A DNA stretch of 20,000 nt from Elsinoe ampelina (Eukaryota). This document shows positions 1-8,228 of the stretch, piece after piece. The notes beneath the pieces are model-generated. The model searched no databases. It was not told the DNA's origin and saw nothing but the letters and a program-made list of their open reading frames with translations. The position numbers and the translations under genes are program-made. The stretch's first letter is position 1. Each line of letters opens with the position of its first letter. The stretch lies in NCBI GenBank assembly GCA_010093995.1, contig ML992506.1, positions 1,083,124-1,103,123 of the forward strand, in the 5' to 3' direction.

Positions 1-857
1 CTTGTCGACGTTTGGATGCTGGACGAGAGCTGCGCCTGCTACACGACCCAGACCATTGATGATATTCACCACGCCTGGTGGAAAGCCAGCTTCCTTGATA
101 AGATTGGCAAAGTAGAGGATGGAAAGTGGTGTCTGTTCAGCTGCTTTGAGGACGACGGTATTTCCTGCTGCAAGAGCTGGACCAAGCTTCCATGCTGCCA
201 TTGCGAGTGGGTAGTTCCAAGGGATGATCTGACCGCATACTCCTACAGGTTCGCGAATGGTGTAGGCAAGTTTCGCTGGGCCAGTGTCGATGACTTGACC
301 GTGGAGTTTGTCCGCATAGCCAGCATAGTATTTGAGGGTGCCAGCGACCTCGGCGAGATCTTCGTTCAGGGCTACAGAGTATGGTTTGCCATTGTCCCAG
401 GTTTCGATCGTTGCGAGAGTCGGAGCATGCTCGGAGACAAGTTGTGAAAGCTTGTACATAAGGTCACCACGTTCCGCAGGTGTTATGTCGCGCCATTCGC
501 CGTTGAAGGCATCTCGTGCAGCCTTGACAGCTTGATCGATGTCTTCGGCAGATGCTCCAGTGACTTCGCAGATCGTCGACTCGTCCCTGTGTGATGTAAG
601 TCCATTGATAGGGAGAGTGTGAGAATGGAATCTTACGATGGGTTTATGCTTGTGATTTTCTCCCCAGAACCCTTGACCCATTCATTGTTGATGAACAGAC
701 CTGTAGGCTGAGCATACTCGACTCCGTTCGGCGCCTTTAGTTTCACTGATAGGTCCGACATTGTGGTTCGGAAGGAGATCGCAGACTTTGCTGGTCGAAA
801 GGTCAATGGTGAATGCAGAACCTGGGTGCTAAAGGTTCGCAGGAAACGATTGAGCAT
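1..857 (-). CDS. NAD(P)-dependent aldehyde dehydrogenase (aldA/ALD-type), 5' part; runs off the window start
   Basis: Exon 1 is 857 (or 761)..637, intron 636..587 (GTAAGA...ACAG, 50 nt), exon 2 is 586..<1. Spliced protein: MSDLSVKLKAPNGVEYAQPTGLFINNEWV...INPSDESTICEV...AVKAARDAF...IETWDNGKPY...ALVQHPNVDK, typical ALDH N-terminal motifs. The upstream in-frame ATG at 857 adds 32 aa. Confidence 0.93.
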
Positions 858-886
858 GGAAACAGTCAAAAGAGGGGGAAATGCGA

Positions 887-893
887 TTATATA
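887..893 (-). promoter_or_regulatory. Candidate TATA box (TATATAA) of the ALDH gene
   Basis: TATATAA on the minus strand, 30 nt upstream of ATG 857 and about 125 nt upstream of ATG 761. Confidence 0.45.
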
Positions 894-1083
894 CTGCAGG
901 TGACAAGCTTATCTTGGGTGGAGGGGCAATGGTGGGATGAGGCCGGAGTTCGGAGCCGAGATGGACCGGAGTCAATCTCTCTTTGGACGACATGGACCAT
1001 TCACTGCAACATCAACATATCATCAAGTCCACCAGAAACAAGTACGGCGAAGAACGGAGGCACCAACAACTACACATCATTTC

Positions 1084-1548
1084 ATGTTCCGACGACTTGC
1101 TGTTGGCAATCTCCGCCAGATCCGCAACATGGCAACCTCATCAAATCCGATGGAAGATGCGCTGCGGAGAAAGGTACATAAGACTAGCATCGAAGTCGTT
1201 CGACAAAATTGACGATGGCAGATAACAGACGCACTCGCACCGACTAGTCTAGAGGTGTCCAATGATTCGCACAAGCATTCCCATCACAAGGCCATGGAAG
1301 GCGTCACTTCAAAGGAGACACATTTCAGGTAAGTAGGCCTTATCGGATACGGGTGGCAAAGCCGTTGACGTGGAAGGGTGAACATCGTCTCGGAAGCGTT
1401 CAAGGGTAAGATGCAGCCCGCGAGGCATCGGCTAGTCTACGGGCTGTTGAAGGACGAAATGGCGGCAGTTGGAGGTATACATGCACTGCAGCTAAAGACA
1501 AGGACGCCGGAGGAGGATGAAAAGGTAAAAGCAGCTGGGTCGTCATGA
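1084..1548 (+). CDS. BolA family protein (Bol1/Uvi31-like, probably mitochondrial), 122 aa
   Basis: Exons 1084-1173, 1222-1328 and 1377-1548; both introns are 48 nt. Protein: MFRRLAVGNLRQIRNMATSSNPMEDALRRKITDALAPTSLEVSNDSHKHSHHKAMEGVTSKETHFRVNIVSEAFKGKMQPARHRLVYGLLKDEMAAVGGIHALQLKTRTPEE..., with BolA motifs THF, SxxFxG, RHRxVY and IHAL. Confidence 0.92.
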
Positions 1549-1753
1549 TCTGAATCTATGTACAACTAGGTACGCTCAATGCTGGAAGACTGCCGACTGT
1601 AACTATGTTGATTGGTATGCGGTACCAGGGGACGAGGTCTTGATCCTATACCGACGCCCCTACTGGACGAGAGGCGACCTCGTCGAGTTCGAGCATGAAG
1701 CCATGTTTGGACTGAATGAAGGGCGGCTTGGGGGAAGATCACACCTCGTACTC

Positions 1754-2509
1754 CTAGCTGGGAGGGAGATCCTCGACGGAAACGGCCTTACCGGAACCTT
1801 GAGAATTCAAAAAGCTGAGGTAGCAGTTCCATCCTGTGGAGATTAGATTAGATCTTCTTCAACGAGACACATACTGACCAAGCGAGACCACATTGACAAC
1901 CAATACACGATGTTCCAATGGTACAAACTTGAAATTGGTCATCTGGATCCAAGGCCAGACCATCCAATTCTTCGTAAGAGCGGTCTTGTAGGTCGAGTCC
2001 AGCTTTTCCTTGGGGTCGGATCCTTCCATGATGGCCATTGAAGACAAGAAGCAGAACAAGTTGGTGCTAGCAAACACAGTCTGGTCCAGTCCAACACGAG
2101 CGAGGATCTCCAAATTCGGGGAGCCAGGGATCCTGACCTTACGCTGTAGGAAACCAAACCAAGTCGTTGCTGCCGGTCCAAAGACAGCTTGGCAGTATCA
2201 GGCCTGCGCGAGCATCTGTATATTTTGGTACTTACCGCCACCGTATAAGGTCATACGACCAGTCCTGGCAAGATCTTGATTTGATAAGCCTCTCTTCTCC
2301 ACCAATTGCTGAGCCATTGTGTCGCCCGTTGCGAAAAGAACCTTGCGGCGATATCAGGGACAGATATCGGAGAGCATCGTGCATCTTCTTACCGCAGTAG
2401 TAATGCTCTGGGTCAGCATTGGGCGCGACGCCAGCTTGGCCTGATACCTGCAATCACATTAGATCTGCTCTTGACACTTCTCTGGATAGTATGCTCACCA
2501 TCGCAGCAT
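1754..2509 (-). CDS. SYM1: Mpv17/PMP22 family mitochondrial inner-membrane protein, 186 aa
   Basis: Exons 2509-2499, 2447-2393, 2341-2236, 2187-1879 and 1833-1754 join in frame: [34 protein letters not shown]...[14 protein letters not shown]...DQTVFA...[37 protein letters not shown]. These are Mpv17/Sym1 signature motifs. Confidence 0.92.
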
Positions 2510-2703
2510 CTTGGGCGAACTGTCAGCTGCTTTGTTGCAATTCGTCCGGACTCGATGCCGGTGATAAGGAAAAGGTCCCCTGGAATTTTTGATGACAAGC
2601 AGGGTTGTGGACCCCGAACAACAGCTTCGTTTTTGGTGGAGCTTCCCTCCCGTGGTCAGGGCTGCACCTGCCAAAGCTGCCTCTGCCGCATGAGGTCATG
2701 CCT

Positions 2704-2965
2704 GGGCGGATCTGTCCGCCCCTCGCTTCTTTGAAAAGTTTAACGAAACGGTGCCCCTCGCTGACCCCCACGTTTCGCATCTTGTTTGGTTTGGGAAAGC
2801 TTTGCGCTCGCGTTTGCCAAATTCTTGTCCCTGAACCGTTCGCGTTCGATCAGCTGTCACTTTGACTCAGAAGAACAGAACCACCGCAAACAGAACGCCA
2901 TCTTTCGCTACCAGACAAACATGCTCCGGAGTGTTCCGATATAAACAGAATGTAGGCATGAGTCA
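2704..2965. promoter_or_regulatory. Divergent SYM1/NPT1 promoter with candidate bZIP and Zn2Cys6 sites
   Basis: TGACTCA at 2863-2869 and TGAGTCA at 2959-2965 (Gcn4/CpcA/AP-1 consensus). CGGA-N4-TCCG at 2707-2718 and 2927-2938. Confidence 0.4.
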
Positions 2966-3056
2966 ACAAGGTATCTCTTAAGGTTCTCAGGTCCTGTCTC
3001 TCAATCTTGCACATCCTCTCCACTATCAATCAAGGCTATCAACATCATCATCTGCC

Positions 3057-4488
3057 ATGGCAGCTCAAGCTCAAGATGGTGTCCTGCCTGAAGGGGTCTC
3101 CTCCATTCTGGATACAGATCTATACAAGTTGACCATGCAGAATGCAGTCCTGAAATTCTTCCCAGACATTGGTCAGTACAGAGCTCACCTGAATGAGGTC
3201 ATCTTCTCACTTCACTGAAGACGTCAAATACAAATTTACCAATCGCACCACTCATCTCAGTCTCAACAAGAAGGCATACAAGTGGTTGCAAATCCAGGTT
3301 CAGAATCTTGCCAACATACAAACCACAGCCGACGAGATTCACTTCCTCACACAGACATGCAAGTACTTTACACCAGAGTACCTCATCTTCCTTCGACAGT
3401 TCCGCTTCAGACCAGAATCACAGGTTGAGGTTACCTTTCAACCAAAAGAGCAGGGCTCGGACGAGGGCCAAGTATCCATTATAGTCTCTGGCAAATGGGT
3501 CGATACAATCCTGTACGAGATTCCACTCCTGGCGCTGGTGTCCGAGGCATATTTCAAATTCTGCGACGTGGAATGGAACCATGACGGACAGGAAGAGAAA
3601 GCGTATGAGAAGGGCATAAAGCTGATGCAGGCGGGCTGCAACTTCTCGGAATTTGGGAGCAGAAGGCGTAGAGACTACAGAACACACGAGTTGGTCATGG
3701 AAGGCCTGCAAAAGGCCAACAAAGTGGCCGTGTCTAAAGGATATCCTGGCAGACTTGCAGGTACCAGCAATGTCCACTTCGCCATGCGATTTGGTGTTGC
3801 CCCGATCGGTACAGTAGCCCATGAATGGTTCATGGGCATCGCCGCTGTCACGAATGATTACAAGCACGCCAACGAGCTCGGCCTCAGATATTGGGTTGGC
3901 ACTTTCGGACTGGGTACTTTGAGCATTGCGCTTACCGACACGTTTGGCACGCCGGACTTCCTTAAGGCTTTCGCGAAACCCACACCCAACGAATACTCCC
4001 TCAAGTCGACCGACCCGTCCAAGGCTCCCAGCTATGCAGAGATCTTCACGGGTACTAGGCAAGACTCAGGTAATCCCGAAGAATTCGTCAAGCTGGTCAA
4101 GAAGTTCTACACTACACAGAATATTTCCGACCATAAGACTGTCGTCTTCTCCGACTCATTAGACGTCGAGAAGTGTATCCACTACAAGAAGATCACAGAG
4201 CAAGCTGGACTGACACCGAGCTTTGGCATCGGCACTTTCCTGACCAACGACTTCGTCGACAAGAAGACGGGGGGAAAGAGTGTGCCGCTAAACATTGTCA
4301 TCAAGATCGCTGAAGCAGGAGGCCGCCCGGCGGTCAAGATTAGCGACAACCTAGGCAAGAACACAGGCGACAGTAATGAAGTGGCCAGGGTGAAGCAGGA
4401 GTTGGGGTATGTCGAGAAGGACTGGAAGGACGGTGATGAATCTCAAAGATGGGGCAAACAGGGTGACGTGGCGGTTGGAACAGGTTGA
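3057..4488 (+). CDS. NPT1: Nicotinate phosphoribosyltransferase, 460 aa
   Basis: Exon 1 is 3057-3171 (MAAQ...SILDTDLYKLTMQ), intron 3172-3220, exon 2 is 3221-4488. Motifs EFGSRRRR, GTSN, GTVAHEW, TDTFG, RQDSG, FSDSL, FGIGT and KISDNLGK are all NAPRTase motifs. Confidence 0.96.
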
Positions 4489-5383
4489 CAGCTGTCACAG
4501 AAGGCGATCAGATCTATATCATGACTGACTTTATGGGCCTTAGGGAGGCCTCTGGGATCGTGAGGGTGCCGCAGGCATGGACAGGAAGCGGAGGAATATG
4601 TGCTGCTTTGATCCGCTGCTTTGATTTGTGGCCGGGGTCGTGGGTCGAATGTCCCCACAACACGTTGATGTCGCATGCCCTGGAAAGGCTGAACTACGCA
4701 TGCGGCTCAGCAGCTTCAGCCCTACCACGGGCTGACCATTGAGTAATCATCTGCAGCTCACACGAAAAGTATAGCAGAATAGACCATCGAGATCTCTTGT
4801 CATGGAATCTTACCCAGCCATAATCGTTGTGTACACTTTGTGTCTGGGAGAAATCGCAGGGAAGGCCAGCATCGTAGCCACTTGGTCAATCCTGCATGCT
4901 AATCATGGTGCTCGTTATGACGCGCAAGGATTACAGGATGCGCGCTTCGATGCATGCACTTTCATTTCCCACAACAACTGCATCCTCAAGCAAAAGGATG
5001 AGACCCAAATTTATGCCGCGAATGGCTCGTGCCGTCATGTTCGAGTGGAAGATTGAAGACAATCAGGAATGCTTGGTTGAGCTTCCCACGCTAGAAGCAG
5101 ATTCCTCGACGCCGATTGGTCGGGAGAGCCGCTTCCTGCAGGCTTTGGAGTTTGAGCAGGGGGCAGTGAATCTCGGCGCTCCATCAAAGTCTCGTAAGTT
5201 GCTTGTCGCCATTCATTGATTCGCCATCTCCCTCTATCAATTCTCCATATACATACACTTGATCGCGCACTGTACACGTTGAAGATACACTTTGCCAACC
5301 AGTGACGATTCGACCAGTCTGCCAGCCACCGCAGACTTTGACAGCGCTGCGCGCATCCCATCAACAGGCACCACTGTTTCGAC

Positions 5384-6832
5384 ATGGCAGTTAGTCTCGC
5401 CTCTCGCCGTGACTCAGACACCGTACTGACATATGAATAGTATAACAACAACAATTACGGCGGCGGTGGAGATCGGTACGGAGGAGGGGGAGCAGGAGGT
5501 TATGGCCAACCGAACCCATATGGCGGACAGCAGTCGAACCCGTATGGTGGACAACAGCAATCAAACCCGTATGGAGGACAGCAACAGAACCCGTACTCTT
5601 CGCCGCAACAGCAGAACCCATACGCAGCGCAGGGAAACCGATACGAAAACTCGAGCCCGTACAGTAAGAGCTGAAACAATCTATGGCAATAACATTACTG
5701 ATGGTGGTAGACCAAGGTGGACAAGGACAGGCAGTGGAGATGCAAAATCTCCAGCAAGATCAGCACAATCCGTTCCAAGACGGCCAGCAGAACGGATACG
5801 GCGGTGCACCGCAACAGAGCAATCCCCATGCTATTCTAAACGAGTGCCGAGAAATTCAGCGCGCCATCGATGACCTCGAGGGAGACCTTCAGACACTGCA
5901 GCGTGCACAGCGCGGATTCGTGAACGGCAACGGCGCCTCTAACAGAGAGATCGATGCTATGGGCGCTGAGATCATGGGCACCTACCGATCCCTGGCCGAC
6001 CGCGTCAAGCGGATAAAGAGCAAGCCAGGTATGCACCGTTCGAGGTACATGTTCGTCGCCACTTGTCTAACGTCCTCGCAGAAGCTGGCAACCCACAGAA
6101 TGCTCCTCAAGTAGGTAATCTCGACCGCCGCATCAAGAAAGCCATCAACGCCTTCCAACAACAAGAATCGTCATTCCGTAAGGAGGTTCAGGAGCAGCAG
6201 AAGCGCCAGTACTTGATCGTCAATCCGAACGCAACAGAGCAGGAACTGCGCGAGGTCTCCGAGGCTGGAGGCGACACCCAAATTTTCCAGCAAGCTCTCC
6301 TCTCTGCCGATCGTAGAGGTCAATCCCAATCGACACTACGATCCGTCCAGCAGCGACACGATGCTATCCAGCAGATCGAGCGCACTATGATGGAGCTGGC
6401 ACAACTCTTCCAGGACCTCGACGCGATTGTCGTCCAGCAAGACCCGATGATCCAGAATGTGGAGAAGCACGCCGAGGATACGCAACAGCATATGGTCGAG
6501 GCCAATGTCCAACTCGAGCAAGCGACAGTCAAGGCCCGTGCTGCGAGGAAGAAGAAGTGGATCTGCCTGGGTATCGTAGTGGCCATCATTGTCGTCGTGG
6601 CCATCATCGTACTGGTCTATGGTGCCACACAAGGCTGGTTTGTACGTTGATCTTCCTGTCCTAGTCCTTTCAGGTGCAGATCTTGCTAACCCGGACTCAG
6701 AGAAAGGACCCAGCTCCTGCTGCTCAGCCAGCGAAGCGAATGATCTTGGAGCATGCTGTCCATATGGCACGCGACATCCTTGATGAGCATCACAAATTGA
6801 TTCGAGCTGTGGAGCCAGGACCGTTCGAGTAG
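5384..6832 (+). CDS. SSO1: Plasma-membrane syntaxin (Qa t-SNARE, Sso1/2-like); 412 aa if intron 4 is spliced, 371 aa (stop at 6650) if retained
   Basis: Exons 5384-5389 (6 nt), 5441-5663, 5711-6028, 6082-6641 and 6701-6832. Contains Habc helices, the RQYLIVNPNATE motif, a SNARE helix (RHDAIQQIERTMMELAQLFQDL..VVQQ), then ARAARKKKW and a transmembrane segment. Confidence 0.92.
5507..5662 (+). repeat. Imperfect coding tandem repeat (Q)n-NPY-GG in the syntaxin N-terminus
   Basis: QPNPYGGQQSNPYGGQQQSNPYGGQQQNPYSSPQQQNPYAAQGNRYENSSPY; the DNA unit AACCC[AG]TA[CT] occurs 5 times at 21-27 nt spacing. Confidence 0.85.
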
Positions 6833-8228
6833 CGCACGGGACGGCAGGGCCGCCAAGGTCGGGCACTCACTCGGCCTTGGCCCGCTTTGATCTGCGCGAG
6901 GGTGGAGTGCTGGGGCTGAGCTACCTTTTACCCACTCGTGGATGCAGAGGAGAAAGGGACATAGGAAAGGAACAAAGTACATATTTTCAAAAGTTCGGAT
7001 CAGGATCCACTGCACTTGAAGAAGCGAGATTGAAGGCCAGCAGAAGAGGAGGGGGCGGTAATTCCATATGTTCGTAGTCGTAGTCTCGACCTCCTTGCCA
7101 GAAGGATATCAAGAGGTGGCGAGGCTAGAGACATCTGTACTCTTAATCATCTGCAGAGGCATTCCTTGGGTAGCGGGCGTCCTAATCTATCGAGTCAGAA
7201 TACCATTACATTCCATTGAGGTCCTCCCATGACCATACGACCACATCGTGAGAGATGCTTGCTGCATACTCGGCACATGGAGCAATGCGGTGCTCGGGCT
7301 GACCCACACTATACCCAATCAGTCAAACATCCCTGCTTCCAAGGCTTCTCTTACATCCAGAGCAAGCCGAACAAGCCCTGCGCTATACGCGCTCTCCTCG
7401 CCACCAAGCTATGGAGTAAGTAGTCCGCTACGAAGTCGTTCATGCGGGATTACAGTAGCTGCACAGACTCGTCCATGAAATATACACCCCGCGGAACCCG
7501 GACGATGCCGGTCCGCTATTCTTGCCTCTCATCGTTACATGCTCCCCTGCTTTTGGCGTGCGATCTGCCATGTCCAGTGCGGTAAGTACGTCTCTTGGTG
7601 AGCCTGGGAGGGGTGAGGGGGATTTTAATGAGATTTGGACGGGGAGGAGAGTTGGGGGATCATCGAGGCCGGGGCTGGGGAGGCGCAGAGGTGGGGCCCA
7701 GCTGTGAGCGGAGGTAGTAGAGAGGGCTAAATGCTGAAGGCAGAGGGTCGGGGAGAGGGGGCGAAGGAGAGGTGAGAGGCAAAGGGGGAAAACGAGACGA
7801 GGTGGCTGGCGAGATGAGCAAACAGTGATGTGAGGAGGGAATGGTCTTTTGCCGATATGTTGCTGAGCTGGGTCCTTTCAAAGCAGACTGTACCTAGCAT
7901 TGGAGAGGTGTGTGGATTGGACGGTCATTTTCAACGACTATCTGCCGCTGTCCTGATGCTGTGATATCAAATACTCTCGGCCCTGCTTTGGGGCTATGCT
8001 ACTGAGCAAACCCATGCTTCCTGCTTCAAACGCCAATGCTTTCAATTTTCCCATGCATAATACAGACAGTTCACCACCGTTGCTTTCCCTTGCGATTTAT
8101 CACATCAAAGACACCCGCAAGAACGTCCGGGCTAAGATGCCTCACCACCCCCTCTGCATCTCCAACATCTCCTGCTTCTGCCTCTCCTCCAACGACGACC
8201 GCTTCCGTCTCTCCGCGTGGTCAAACTT

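Noticed and set aside
16..447. 143-aa plus-strand ORF
   Set aside because: Antisense shadow of ALDH exon 2.
2921..3035. Short upstream ATGs (MLRSVPI* at 2921; ATG 2958) as NPT1 uORFs or an extra exon
   Set aside because: The TSS is unknown, and the obvious splice from ATG 2958 is out of frame with NPT1.
3418..4062. 214-aa minus-strand ORF
   Set aside because: Antisense to NPT1, with no recognisable motifs.
4486..4524. Stop-codon readthrough of NPT1 (TGA-CAG) to a cryptic targeting signal
   Set aside because: The context is not TGA-CTA and the extension QLSQKAIRSIS has no PTS1.
4630..4660. tRNA T-arm-like GGGTCGAAT
   Set aside because: No GTTCRA and no cloverleaf could be built.
4802..5219. 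ORFs of 84-107 aa between NPT1 and SSO1
   Set aside because: No family motifs; most likely UTR or promoter sequence.
8142..8228. Helical-looking in-frame peptide after the SPT5 stop (KFDHAERRKRSSLEERQKQ...)
   Set aside because: TAG-A is a poor readthrough context, and a purine-rich 3' UTR explains the composition.
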